DNA of 64,000 bases from Spirochaetia bacterium (GTDB taxonomy: Bacteria > Spirochaetota > Spirochaetia > UBA9216). The DNA lies in assembly GCA_965140585.1 (NCBI GenBank), contig OZ223270.1, positions 192,001-256,000 on the forward strand, written 5' to 3'. Positions 50,041 through 61,110 of this stretch are shown piece by piece (within the stretch, counting starts at the first letter, position 1; every line of letters begins with the position of its first letter). The notes below the pieces were generated by a model, which was given only the letters and a program-made list of their open reading frames with translations, searched no databases and was not told the DNA's origin. The translations under genes and the position numbers were made by a program.

Positions 50041-51159
50041 TTACACTGATGCATTATTTATTTTTCGATTTAGTTTTCCCCCGATGCTGAAAAACTCTAT
50101 TCCTGTCTCAACCTGATATTTAAAAGTTTGTTTTTTAGGAACATTCGATACAAGATTTCCATTTTTTATCCCTGATAAGGATTCTCCAGAAAAATAATAA
50201 TCTTTTGATTCCTGATTATCCAAAGGAAAATCTTCTGCCCACTGCCACTCTTTACCAATATCAAAATTACATCTGTAGTACCTGATCGGTGGTTCTTCTT
50301 CTATACTGTTATCTATTGATTTCAGGTTACAGTCAAAAAATCTCAGATGATCTTCAATCCAGTCATGTATTCCGTTTTCAAATTCACTTTCCCCTGCATA
50401 CATCTCACAATAACTCCAGGGCCCAATAAGTAATTTCCCACCGTAATCTTTGTATCCAAGTATAGCCCCGGTACAGCTTGAGTCATACCAGGACGCATTT
50501 GCATATATTTTGGTAGATGAAAATTTTATCTTCTCAGCACTTTCCCATGCCGGTACATCCATATTTGGGCTATAGCCCAGACTCTGGTTAAATGTATCCT
50601 GAAACATGTTTTGTTCGTATTGGCTTAAAAATAACTTGTTTTTTGTATGAGCCTCTGCTGCCTCAGCTGCTAAAGGAAAATCCGGTGCCGGATCAGAATC
50701 AACTGGAGCAATATCTGTGGCTGAATCCCGGTGCACATCAGGAAGATAAGGCAACGCTGATGCACCATTTGGAAAATTCTGGTAATAAAAATCCGGATTA
50801 TTGTCATTAGGAATAATGGCCTTTAAGTGCACAGGCTTTTCTGCAGCAGCCAGCAGCTGAGTCATTCCACAGTTAGACCCTCCGAACATACCTACATTTC
50901 CATCACACCAGTCTGATACTCCAATTAAATCAATAATATAAGCAACATCCTTTGCATCTCGCCTGCTCCAAAATCCATCATGATATCCCATAGAGGCACC
51001 TATACCCCTTGGTTCAAGTATTATTACGATGTAACCGGCACAGACAAGTTTTTTAATAAACGCCCTGTTTGTTTCAAAGGCCCTCCGACGGGGATTGAAT
51101 CCTGTATGCAGAATCACCGGGAACCTGTCCTTTCCTGAATCCCGTCCCATACATTTCAT
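50041..51159 (-). pseudogene. CocE/NonD-family hydrolase, truncated
   Basis: 'RGIGAS.G', 'WCDGNVGMFGGS', 'LKAIIP'. The usual N-terminal segment and most of the C-terminal beta domain are missing, and GPWxH reads GPWSY. Confidence 0.65.
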
Positions 51160-51957
51160 ATAGGCAGAATCTCTTTTATAGCTTTTTCCAGAACTGCATT
51201 AGCATAAACATAATCATGAGAACCTGGCACTGAATAAAATTCATTTGATAAACCAACTTCATCCAGATAATTCTTATACTCTCTGCATAATTGGTACCCG
51301 TAATCTTCTGTACCGCACGACATATACAGCATTGGTGAAAGCTGTCCTGATTCTTTTAAATGCCGGGACAGAGATAGAAGATCATTTTCTGAACCGTAAA
51401 TTTCTTCAATAAGGCCGAATACGTCAGTCATAGTTTTATCATTCGCTGTTATTCCAAGCTCCATTGCAAGCTGCCCCATCTTTACCTGATCCTTAGCACC
51501 GGACATTGCATAACAGGCTGAAAACTTTTCAGGCCAGCGAAGTGCGGCCTTTATTGCCCCATGTGCACCCATTGAGAATCCAATTACAAAATTATCTTCC
51601 CTCTTCTCTGAAGAGTTAAACCGTATCTGAACAAGCCGCATCACCTCATTTGTCAGATAGGTAAAATACTTTCGACCGTTCACCATATCACTGTAAAAAC
51701 TTTCCATAGCGTCAATCGAAGCTGTCATAAAGCCGTAAGTATTTGACAAATGCTCAATACAACTGTTTCTGACCCAGCTTGAAGAACATTCCCCACCGCT
51801 ATGAAGCATTATAGACTGTTGGAATTTTCATACCTTCAGGAAAAATCTCTGCCAGTGATCTTTTTCTCAACTCACGGGGGACTTCAGGTATTGTTATAGT
51901 AAGGCTGGTTGAACATCCAAGGATGACTGAATGAAAATCATACCGAAGCAACCCCAT
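51156..51957 (-). pseudogene. Esterase (tributyrin esterase/FGH-like), frameshifted near 51811
   Basis: ATG 51957 after AAGGAG gives MGLLRYDFHSVILGCSTSLTITIP...IPTVY, then shifts into MLHSGG...GFSMG...CGTED...PGSHD. Confidence 0.8.
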
Positions 51958-52096
51958 GTCACTACTCCTTTTGGATCTTTTATTCAGGCCTTTGCGTTAA
52001 CGTACACGCGCGGGCCTAAATAAATTTATCAATATCTATTCTGAATAATAAAAGCCAATATTTTTAATCATATAACTACCGCATAGAGACTTTATC

Positions 52097-53989
52097 TTAA
52101 TACAGATATTTTGCTATTCCACCACAGCAGACGATCATCCAGGAGCCCCAAAGAAGTGCAGTAAACAAACCAGCCCAGATGCTGTTAGTCTTTTTACTGA
52201 TATACATATTAAGAGCATTTGCAATCGACATTCCGATCACAAGAGGAAAAATTGCGATTGAATAAATATACATTCTGTCTTTCATGAAATAATCCGCATT
52301 AGTCAATGTGTTTCCAATGTTAAGAATCAGTATAAACACAAGCCATAACAGGAAAATTCCTCCTACAGTTATTGCAGAACCGGCAGCTGTGGTCTTTAAC
52401 AATCCTTTTCCCGTATCTTCCATATCATTTATACCAATGCTTCTCAGGGCAAGGCTGCTGACCAGAAAATATGGGATCAGAAATATAAAATACATCAGCA
52501 CCGCAAATGTGCGGTTTGTATTAATAACAGACATCATAAATGTAGCTATATGCAGGCCTTGCTTGGTATATGCGGAAATCAGAGCAAAAAGCAAGTATCC
52601 GCTGCAGACCGTTATTAAACCAAAAAAGAATGCTTTTAAGATATAACTCAATTTAAATTCCCCACTTTCTGAAGTAGAAAACCCGTAAGTCTGAAAATTA
52701 CCCCCATTTTTCCGACCATATGCAAAATGGTAAATAAGGAAATAGACAAGCATAGCTATAGCTACAGTCCACTGCCAGGAAATGTAAGTATTGTTCGTTC
52801 CGCTCAGCAGCCATATTTTTGAAATATCAATGCCCAGGAATTTTGTTGAAGCAAGTATCCCTGTTCGATACAAGAGCACGGGAATAATAAATAACACAGC
52901 AATCGCAATATACCATGACGGTGTATTCTTTTTGAATCCGACACTCTGAACAGCCTGAAGCTTTAGACTTCGAAATGTTTCTGTTTTGAACAACAAAGAG
53001 GCAATGAAAAACATCATTGTGACAACAGATATTAGCATTAAAATAAATCCAAGATCTTTCAAATACCATACCGTACCGATTTTTTTATATTCCGAGTAAT
53101 CTTTAACTCCATCATCAAGGCCGAATCCAGTCTGACTGGTTATAGCATAAATAACAGTTTTAACTGTATCTTGTGAAACCAGATAATATGCATGGGCCGA
53201 ATTTGGCATATAAGCCGAGCGATCATACCTTTTCCCGTTTGTGCCTTTGGCAGTATATACTTTGCCGGTTTCTATTTCAGGAAGAGTACCGGCATCAGAT
53301 TCATAATCACCTGTAAATATGCGTTTTAATTGTTCATGCTGAAAAATACTTGAAACATTGTTATTGCTTCTGGAGAGAATACTTTCATCTGAATCGCCGA
53401 ATATAACTGCAAAATTAAAATTATGGTCATGATTTTCCGGCTTCCCGTACAGGTTCATACCAAGATTAACCTGCATGAAGATCTCCTCCTGATGCTTCAG
53501 GGCAAATGACATAGTATAGATACCACCCATGGAATGACCCATTGTTACAATTTTACTTAAATCAATAAAATTATAGTTTCGTACTGTATTCCAGATGGTT
53601 TCAGTTCCCATTGTAGCCCAGCCCGAGGCTTCAACCGGTGTCATTTCGGATAACCCTGTAGCAATATCTGAATTATGAGTACCTGTATAATCCCAGGTAA
53701 CGACTACGTACCCTCTTCTTGCTAATTCCAGAGCATATGTTCCTGTCTGTTCCAGCATGTCATTTCCACCATGCAGAATCATTGCACAGGGGGCTGGATT
53801 TTTAATAGTTGCAGAATCAGGCTTGTAAAGCATTGCATTAATACGGTCTCCATCAGCACTGGTAAGGAGCATATCGGTTACCCTGGTTCTCCCCCAATTT
53901 GAGTCCGTGCCTAAAATTAGTAAAAGTGATAATGCAGATAAGAAAACAATCATGATAATCGGGATCAATCCTGTTTTTTTGTCCTTCAT
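52097..53989 (-). CDS. Membrane-anchored alpha/beta hydrolase with polytopic C-terminal membrane domain
   Basis: 'LYKPD.AT..NPAP', 'ELARRGYVV', GHSMGG nucleophile elbow, about 8-9 C-terminal TM helices. Confidence 0.85.
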   Translation of the reverse strand: MKDKKTGLIPIIMIVFLSALSLLLILGTDSNWGRTRVTDMLLTSADGDRINAMLYKPDSATIKNPAPCAMILHGGNDMLEQTGTYALELARRGYVVVTWDYTGTHNSDIATGLSEMTPVEASGWATMGTETIWNTVRNYNFIDLSKIVTMGHSMGGIYTMSFALKHQEEIFMQVNLGMNLYGKPENHDHNFNFAVIFGDSDESILSRSNNNVSSIFQHEQLKRIFTGDYESDAGTLPEIETGKVYTAKGTNGKRYDRSAYMPNSAHAYYLVSQDTVKTVIYAITSQTGFGLDDGVKDYSEYKKIGTVWYLKDLGFILMLISVVTMMFFIASLLFKTETFRSLKLQAVQSVGFKKNTPSWYIAIAVLFIIPVLLYRTGILASTKFLGIDISKIWLLSGTNNTYISWQWTVAIAMLVYFLIYHFAYGRKNGGNFQTYGFSTSESGEFKLSYILKAFFFGLITVCSGYLLFALISAYTKQGLHIATFMMSVINTNRTFAVLMYFIFLIPYFLVSSLALRSIGINDMEDTGKGLLKTTAAGSAITVGGIFLLWLVFILILNIGNTLTNADYFMKDRMYIYSIAIFPLVIGMSIANALNMYISKKTNSIWAGLFTALLWGSWMIVCCGGIAKYLY

Positions 53990-54251
53990 AAAATGGCTCC
54001 TATTAATAATTTTTAAGAATTGTGATCATCGTGTTTTTATCGATCGATTTACGATAATTGAATCGAAAGACATACTAACACAATAGTTTTTTATTTCAAA
54101 ACATCAAAATTAATGTAACTCTACAACATATTAGTTGTACCAAGACAAGATAAGTGCACTATATCTATATGATATATTATATTGTCTTGGTAAATTATCA
54201 TGTGATATACTGTTTTCACAAAAATAATTTAAGGAAATGTAATACTATTTT

Positions 54252-55307
54252 ATGGCAAACATTTATGACATTGCTAAAGCCGCTAACACATCCTCTGCAA
54301 CTGTTTCATTCGTCCTGAATGGAAGGGGAAGAGAAAAAAGAATATCGGAACATACGATTAATAAAATCAAAAACTTAGCAATAGAAATGAATTATATTCC
54401 CAATGTTTCTGCTAAAAGATTAAATGCAGACAAAAATTCTTCGACACTCCCTGAGATTGCACTGCTCTGGTCAACCAGTCAGCATTTTACTTATTTGAAC
54501 AGTTTTATTCATACTGCTCAAAAGATGTTAGATAATAATGAAGTACAGAAAATGAAGTTTACGATCATCCCGTTCCGTGAAGGAGCATTGAACGAATATG
54601 ATAATTTCTTTTCCAGCAATCATTGTAATGGATTGATTGTTCCTCATGTTACACTGGACGATTATAATTTCATTGAGAACTTAGAGACTTCCATTCCGCT
54701 GATTCTTCTTTTTGGTAAATCTAAAAAGCATTCTGTAGTTACGGTAGATAATCTTAAGGCCGGTAAATTAGCTGCGGACATGTTTATCAACAAAGGTATA
54801 AAAAATGCAGTCTATATTGGTGAGCAGTCTTTTAAGTATAATTTAAACCCCTCAGACAGAAGAGATGGTTTTATGAATAAGTGTATTGAAAATGGCATCG
54901 ATGTCGATAATATCATCATTCCACTAGATATTATAACAAATGACGGAAACCCGGAGCTCCAGATTGGTGCAAAAGTTGGCGAGTGGTGCGTTAAACAATT
55001 ATGCAGCCAAAAATCATTACCTCAGGCTATTTTTGCACAAAATGATTTAATTGCATCAAGCTTGCTCAAAGCCTTTAGAAAAAGAAATATCTCAATCCCG
55101 GACGATATCATGCTTTTAGCCTACGGCAGTTCTTTTTTTGCAGAAAACAGCTCTCCTACAATAACCACAATTCACCATGACTATCATAAAATTGCTCATA
55201 CTACAATTTTACTGATGGAAGAATTGCTTCTAAACCCTTCACTTTCACCCTCAGTGAAAATTGTCAAAACACCCGTAATCTACAGAGAGAGTTTTCCCAA
55301 ATTATAA
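54252..55307 (+). CDS. LacI-family regulator
   Basis: MANIYDIAK.A..S.ATVS.VLN; 'AIFAQND..A', 'IPDDI', 'PTITTI'. Confidence 0.93.
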   Translation: MANIYDIAKAANTSSATVSFVLNGRGREKRISEHTINKIKNLAIEMNYIPNVSAKRLNADKNSSTLPEIALLWSTSQHFTYLNSFIHTAQKMLDNNEVQKMKFTIIPFREGALNEYDNFFSSNHCNGLIVPHVTLDDYNFIENLETSIPLILLFGKSKKHSVVTVDNLKAGKLAADMFINKGIKNAVYIGEQSFKYNLNPSDRRDGFMNKCIENGIDVDNIIIPLDIITNDGNPELQIGAKVGEWCVKQLCSQKSLPQAIFAQNDLIASSLLKAFRKRNISIPDDIMLLAYGSSFFAENSSPTITTIHHDYHKIAHTTILLMEELLLNPSLSPSVKIVKTPVIYRESFPKL

Positions 55308-55441
55308 ATATTAAAACCTGACAGTTAAAATCAGGATATTTAAAAAGTATAAATATGTTTTTATTCTATTTCCAAATATATCTAAAATTGACTTTATGCC
55401 TTCTCAAATTTTTACTTGTATGATTTAACTGTATAATTTAT

Positions 55442-55500
55442 TTGACAAATAAAAATTTATATATTAGCATAATCCCCACAATTGATTAACCGGTTAAGCA
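55442..55500 (+). promoter_or_regulatory. sigma70-type promoter plus LacI-type operator for the ABC operon
   Basis: TTGACA (55442)-N17-TAGCAT (55465); CG-centred palindrome TTAACCGGTTAA at 55486-55497. Confidence 0.7.
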
Positions 55501-55551
55501 TATCTTATAAATTGAATCTCAGAAAATAATTTTTTATATAGGAGAGGGAAA

Positions 55552-57147
55552 TTGAAAAAAAGAAGAATTTTGTTGATCACAATATTGGCATGCTTCATAG
55601 TAATGCCGATTATGGCAGGAGGAAATCAGGACACAGCCGAGCAGCCGTCGACAGCAAAGGCCACAGCAGGTCCTCAGTATGGTGGAATATTGAAGATTGG
55701 CCATAGCGATGAACTGACATGTCTTGGATATCCAGGGAGACAGGCTTCATTCGGTGATTTAATTTATAGCACGCCTAGCATTGAAACTCTTTGTCGCTTT
55801 GATGGAAAAGGGATCCTAGAGCCCTGGCTTTGTGAATCTTACAATGCTGACCCTGAAACATTGACTCTTACAGTAAGCCTGAAGAAGGGAATATCCTTTC
55901 ACGATGGTACACCGTTTAATTCTGAAGCGGTAAAATGGAATTGGGAAGAATTTACCGCTTCCGGTAGAAATGAAATCAAATCAATAACATCAATTGAAAC
56001 TCCTGATGAATTCACAGTTATAGCTCACATGGCAGAATGGGATAATACACTGCCTGAATATGCACTATATGTTGCCGGTTGGATGGTTTCTCCCACCCAT
56101 GTAAAAACTGTGGGCATAGAAAAAGCTATGGGTGAACCTGTAGGAACCGGCCCATTTAAATTTGTTAAATGGACAAGAGAAAGTGAAATTGTATATACAA
56201 AGAATGAAAATTACTGGCGGAACGGTGAGCCTTACCTTGATGGTATAACCTTCTATTTTCTTATGGATGACAATACTATGACTTCCGCTTTTAAAAGCGG
56301 TGAAATAGATATAAGTTTTAGTTCAAACAGAGATTTTACCGATGCAATGTTCAGTGCCGGATTATCATCTATTTCAAGACCTCAGAATTCCGGGATTCCG
56401 GTATTCTTTATGATCTTTGATTCTACCGCCAAAGGTTATCCGACAAGTAATATACTTGTACGTAAGGCATTCAGCCATGCTGTTAATATGGATGCCATCA
56501 TAAACATAATGGGCGGTCCCAATCTATATATTCGAACTGATCAATGGGCGGCGCCTAACAGCTGGTCGTATAATCAGGATACAATCGGCTATGAATATAA
56601 TCCGGAAAAAGCCCGTGAATTATTAGCAGAAGCAGGATATAAAGCTGGCGAGTGTGTCATAGACCTTGTTTATACACCTTTCGGAACAAATCCGGAAATG
56701 GCCGCTGCTACCCAGGAAATGCTTTCTCAGGTTGGCATAAAAGGAAATTTGGTTCCGGTCGATCAGGCTCGCTCCAATGAGATGTCAGGCATTGGGGGAG
56801 TCTGGAATGGAGTATTTCTTAGTGCAGGAAGATGTGATCCGGATGTCGGCCCAATCTATGCACGAACTTTTACCGACAGTGGTGTGAGATATGTGGGCGG
56901 AACAATTCATCCACCGGAGCTCGCTGAATTAATAGATTTGGCAAAATCCGCAAAAACTTTCGAAGAAAAACAGGAATATTCTCAGAAAATGAGCCGTATG
57001 CTGATTGATGATTATTGTCTGCTTGCTCCAATAAGCATACCTATTTCACCGATTTTTTCTCAAAATTATGTTCATGGTACAAACAAGAACTATAACCATT
57101 TTATTTTATGGAATCCCGAATCGACATATTTGTCCAAATTAAAATAA
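55552..57147 (+). CDS. Peptide/nickel-type ABC substrate-binding protein (family 5)
   Basis: TTG start after GGAGAGG; leader ...MAGGNQD; 'PQYGG.L', 'FHDGTPFN.EAVK', 'PVGTGPFK'. Confidence 0.92.
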   Translation: MKKRRILLITILACFIVMPIMAGGNQDTAEQPSTAKATAGPQYGGILKIGHSDELTCLGYPGRQASFGDLIYSTPSIETLCRFDGKGILEPWLCESYNADPETLTLTVSLKKGISFHDGTPFNSEAVKWNWEEFTASGRNEIKSITSIETPDEFTVIAHMAEWDNTLPEYALYVAGWMVSPTHVKTVGIEKAMGEPVGTGPFKFVKWTRESEIVYTKNENYWRNGEPYLDGITFYFLMDDNTMTSAFKSGEIDISFSSNRDFTDAMFSAGLSSISRPQNSGIPVFFMIFDSTAKGYPTSNILVRKAFSHAVNMDAIINIMGGPNLYIRTDQWAAPNSWSYNQDTIGYEYNPEKARELLAEAGYKAGECVIDLVYTPFGTNPEMAAATQEMLSQVGIKGNLVPVDQARSNEMSGIGGVWNGVFLSAGRCDPDVGPIYARTFTDSGVRYVGGTIHPPELAELIDLAKSAKTFEEKQEYSQKMSRMLIDDYCLLAPISIPISPIFSQNYVHGTNKNYNHFILWNPESTYLSKLK

Positions 57148-57172
57148 ATTAGTTTTATTCACTCTTATACTT

Positions 57173-57201
57173 GGGAAACAGGTTGTACCAACCTGTTTCC
57201 C
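57173..57201 (+). repeat. Perfect 13-bp hairpin between the SBP and permease genes
   Basis: GGGAAACAGGTTG-tac-CAACCTGTTTCCC followed by TTT; probably an mRNA stabiliser or partial terminator. Confidence 0.7.
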
Positions 57202-57221
57202 TTTAACATTGGAAGTTTTTT

Positions 57222-58175
57222 ATGAGTAAATATATTCTTAAACGACTAAGACAATCGGTGGTTGTTATATTGATTGTCTCAGCTTTTACATACATGCTGA
57301 TGTATTCATTGCCCGGGGATCCTGTATATGCAATTCTGGGAAGTGATATAACAGCTGAACAGTATGATATTGCTTTCCACGAAATGAATCTGGATAAACC
57401 GGCCATAACACGATATTTTGTATGGTTTGGCAATTTTCTAAGTGGAGATCTCGGTACATCATTTAAATATCACATGCCTGTCAGCACCCTGATTGCTGAA
57501 AGACTGAAAGTAACCATGTATCTTGGCATTATCTCAATAATACTAAGCTCACTGCTGGGAATGTTATTCGGAATAATTAGTGGGACAAAACGAAAATCTG
57601 CGGCTGATAATATCATAACAATATTAGCTAATCTTGGTGCGGTGATGCCTCTTTTCTGGATAGGTGTATTGGGAATGTATATTTTTGCGATGAAACTGAA
57701 CTGGCTTCCCTCTTTTGGTTTTTCTTTCCCGGTAAGAGGCAATATAGCTACCAGTATAAAACAGACTATACTACCTGTTTTCTGCCTTTCATTATCTTCA
57801 ATAGCATCGATGACCAGGCAGATGCGCTCAAGCATACTCGAAGTTGTCCAACAGGATTATATGAGAACAGCAAGGGCAAAAGGCTTACCTGAAATCAGAA
57901 TTATTCTTAATCATGGTTTAAAAAATGCCATGATTCCTATTGCAACCTTAATTGGAATGAGTTTTAAGCAGATTGTTGCTGGTGCAGTAACGATTGAAAT
58001 CGTTTTTAGTATTCCAGGTATGGGACAATTATTAGTCAACAGTATCATGAGTAAGGATATTGCTCTTATTCAAGCTTGTATAATGATTACAGCAATTGTC
58101 GTGGCATTGTCAAACCTTCTAGTAGATATATCCTATGGATATCTCGATCCAAGAATGAGAATTAAACAAGGATAA
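57222..58175 (+). CDS. DppB/OppB-like ABC permease
   Basis: 'LPGDP', 'GDLGTSF', 'DYMRTARAKGL', 'YGYLDPR'. Confidence 0.93.
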   Translation: MSKYILKRLRQSVVVILIVSAFTYMLMYSLPGDPVYAILGSDITAEQYDIAFHEMNLDKPAITRYFVWFGNFLSGDLGTSFKYHMPVSTLIAERLKVTMYLGIISIILSSLLGMLFGIISGTKRKSAADNIITILANLGAVMPLFWIGVLGMYIFAMKLNWLPSFGFSFPVRGNIATSIKQTILPVFCLSLSSIASMTRQMRSSILEVVQQDYMRTARAKGLPEIRIILNHGLKNAMIPIATLIGMSFKQIVAGAVTIEIVFSIPGMGQLLVNSIMSKDIALIQACIMITAIVVALSNLLVDISYGYLDPRMRIKQG

Positions 58176-58180
58176 TTAAA

Positions 58181-59044
58181 ATGACTGAGAACAGAAAGAA
58201 AAAAAGAATTTTAATATTTTTTCACAATTTTTTTAAACGACGTATTGTTATCCTGGGAGTCATCCTTGTTTTATTTTTTTTATTTGCTGCAGTATTCGCA
58301 CCATTTTTAACAAAATATGATCCATATAAAGCTGATTATTCAGCCCTTCTGCAGCAACCATCTATGGACCACCTGCTTGGAACAGATAATCTTGGAAGAG
58401 ATGTACTTACCCGTTTATTATATGGGGCAAGAACATCGCTGCTGATAGGCGTAGCAGCTGTAATAATTGCTGCAGTAATCGGGGTGTTGCTTGGAGTCGT
58501 ATCAGGTTATTTTGGAGGAATTATTGATGTAGTCATCATGCGATTTATTGATGCCATGATGACGCTGCCTGCAATATTAATCGCTATGGCACTCAGTATT
58601 TTCCTGGGAAAGAGTCTTATAAGCCTGATGTTCATTTTAGGGTTATCAACAGTCCCTGCCTATACAAGATTGATGCATGCGCAGGTATTGAAAATTAAAA
58701 ATTCTGATTTTATCAGTGCTGAACATATTCTCGGGGCAAGTGATCATTTAATAATAGTCAAACACCTTATCCCCAACTGCATATCACCGCTTATAGTGCT
58801 GATTACTCAGAATATAGGATTCACTATACTTGCAGAAGCAAGCTTGAGTTTTCTCGGTCTAGGAATTATCCCTCCGACAGCCTCCTGGGGAGCGATGATT
58901 AATGACGGGTATCATAAATTACTTTCAAACCCTGCATTCGGTCTTTCTCCCGGCATTTGCATAGTATTGCTAGTTCTTGGACTGAATATCATGGGAGATG
59001 GATTACGTGATGTTTTTGATCCCAGACTAAGGGGGTCAATTTAA
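58181..59044 (+). CDS. DppC/OppC-like ABC permease
   Basis: 'HLLGTDNLGRD..TRLLYGARTSL', 'EASLSFLGLG', 'GDGLRD..DPR'. Confidence 0.93.
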   Translation: MTENRKKKRILIFFHNFFKRRIVILGVILVLFFLFAAVFAPFLTKYDPYKADYSALLQQPSMDHLLGTDNLGRDVLTRLLYGARTSLLIGVAAVIIAAVIGVLLGVVSGYFGGIIDVVIMRFIDAMMTLPAILIAMALSIFLGKSLISLMFILGLSTVPAYTRLMHAQVLKIKNSDFISAEHILGASDHLIIVKHLIPNCISPLIVLITQNIGFTILAEASLSFLGLGIIPPTASWGAMINDGYHKLLSNPAFGLSPGICIVLLVLGLNIMGDGLRDVFDPRLRGSI

Positions 59045-61081
59045 ATGAGTAGTTCAAAGTCAACCAATCACTACCTTGAAGTAAAGGATTTACATATTTC
59101 ATTTAGTACAGAAGAAGGAAAAACCGCTGCTGTAGATGGGGTTTCCTACTATATCGACTCGGGAGAAGTTGTAAGCTTTGTTGGTGAAAGCGGTTCAGGA
59201 AAAACCGTAAGCCAACTTGCATGCATGCAATTAATTGCATCACCACCTGGAATAATTGAATCGGGAAGTATTTATCTGGAAGGTCAGGATATTTTAAAAT
59301 ATCCGGCAAAGAGCAGAGAGATGCAGAACATTAGGGGAGGTAAGATCGGTATGGTTTTTCAGGAACCGATGACATCTCTTAACCCAGTCAAAACTATCGG
59401 AGCTCAAATTCAGGAAGTATTTGAACTCCATACTGAAATAAAAGGTAAGGCAGCCGAAAAACATACTGTTGCTCTTTTAAAAAGTGTAGGAATTCCCGAT
59501 GCAGAAAAAAGGATCAATGATTATCCTTTTCAATTTTCAGGCGGAATGCGACAAAGAATCATGGTAGCTATATCTGTCGCCGGAAACCCTAAATTAATTA
59601 TAGCCGATGAGCCTACAACCGCTCTGGACGTTACAACACAAGCACAAATACTGCAACTTCTAAAGGAGACAACTGTAGATAAAGGAGCCGGTCTCTTACT
59701 TGTAACACATAATCTTGGTGTTGTGGCAAGGTATTCTGACAGGATTTATGTCATGTATGCTGGACGAATAGTTGAGTCGGGGAATTCTTCTGACGTCTTT
59801 GCACATCCATCTCATCCATATACAAGAGCTCTTCTTGAAGCTGTTCCCAGATTGGATGACAAGCCGAACAGACGCCTGCTGTCTGTTGATAATCCTATGA
59901 ACATAAATGGAAGTGACATAGAAGGCTGCTCTTATGCTTTCCGTTGTCCATACGCAATTGATGAATGTCTGAAAAACGGGCAGCCGGAGCTGGCCAAGGC
60001 TGAAGGCGAGAATCATTTCAGTGCTTGTATATTAAATATTTCAGATCTTAAAGAAAAAGACAAAGAAAAAAAACATGAAGTTTTCAGTGGCAGAAAAATT
60101 AATACTGATAAAGTTATTTTAGATGTAAAAAATCTCAAAACCGGGTTTGAGATCCAAAAAGGATTCTTAAAAAGCAAAAAGCAGGAGATTACAATAATTA
60201 ATAGTATTTCTCTAAAAATACGTTCGGGAGAAACATACGGTCTTGTTGGGGAATCTGGATGCGGAAAAACGACAACAGCCCGTTGTATAACACAGCTTAG
60301 TAAAAGCCGAGAAGGTGAAATTATTTTTAATGGTAAGAATCTATCTTCACTAAAGAGAAATGAGTTAAAAAAAGAACGTAAAAAAATCCAAATGATTTTT
60401 CAGGATCCTTTCAGTTCTCTTGACCCAAGGCAGAAAGCCGGTGCCATAGTAGCGGAACCTTTAACAATACATAAACTGGTTAAAACTTCAAAGGAACTGG
60501 AATACCGGGTTGACGAGCTGTTTTCTCAGGTCGGACTAAAGGTCAATATGAAGGACCGTTATGCACATGAATTCTCAGGTGGACAACGACAGCGTATTGG
60601 AATTGCCCGGGCACTGGCAAGCAATCCTGAACTAATCGTATGTGACGAACCAATTTCAGCATTGGACGTTCAAATCCAAGCACAGATAATCAATTTATTA
60701 ATTGACATTCAGATTCAGACTGGCATTGCTTATCTGTTTATAGCTCATGACCTAGCAGCCGTTAAGCATATAAGCGACAATATTTCCGTAATGTATCTCG
60801 GTAATATTGTAGAAACAGCACCGGCAGAAATTTTATATAATTCTCCTCTTCATCCATACACACAGGTCCTTTTGGCTGCGATTCCAATACCAGATCCCGA
60901 AATTGAGAAAACAAGAGAAACTATCCTTATCCGAGGAGAAACCCCCAGTTTATTCGAGCGGCCGACCGGCTGTAGTTTCAGCAGCAGATGTATACATGTC
61001 CAGGATAGATGCAGGGAAAGAGCTCCTAAGTTAAGGCAATTTTCTGAAGATCATAGTGTAGCCTGTCATCTATTTGATTAA
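59045..61081 (+). CDS. Fused DppD/DppF-like ABC ATPase
   Basis: Two GESGxGKT / FSGGxRQR / DEP sets, each with a Cys-rich oligopeptide-transporter tail. Confidence 0.93.
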   Translation: MSSSKSTNHYLEVKDLHISFSTEEGKTAAVDGVSYYIDSGEVVSFVGESGSGKTVSQLACMQLIASPPGIIESGSIYLEGQDILKYPAKSREMQNIRGGKIGMVFQEPMTSLNPVKTIGAQIQEVFELHTEIKGKAAEKHTVALLKSVGIPDAEKRINDYPFQFSGGMRQRIMVAISVAGNPKLIIADEPTTALDVTTQAQILQLLKETTVDKGAGLLLVTHNLGVVARYSDRIYVMYAGRIVESGNSSDVFAHPSHPYTRALLEAVPRLDDKPNRRLLSVDNPMNINGSDIEGCSYAFRCPYAIDECLKNGQPELAKAEGENHFSACILNISDLKEKDKEKKHEVFSGRKINTDKVILDVKNLKTGFEIQKGFLKSKKQEITIINSISLKIRSGETYGLVGESGCGKTTTARCITQLSKSREGEIIFNGKNLSSLKRNELKKERKKIQMIFQDPFSSLDPRQKAGAIVAEPLTIHKLVKTSKELEYRVDELFSQVGLKVNMKDRYAHEFSGGQRQRIGIARALASNPELIVCDEPISALDVQIQAQIINLLIDIQIQTGIAYLFIAHDLAAVKHISDNISVMYLGNIVETAPAEILYNSPLHPYTQVLLAAIPIPDPEIEKTRETILIRGETPSLFERPTGCSFSSRCIHVQDRCRERAPKLRQFSEDHSVACHLFD

Positions 61082-61110
61082 AACTATAAATAAACCAAGG
61101 AGATTTAAAG

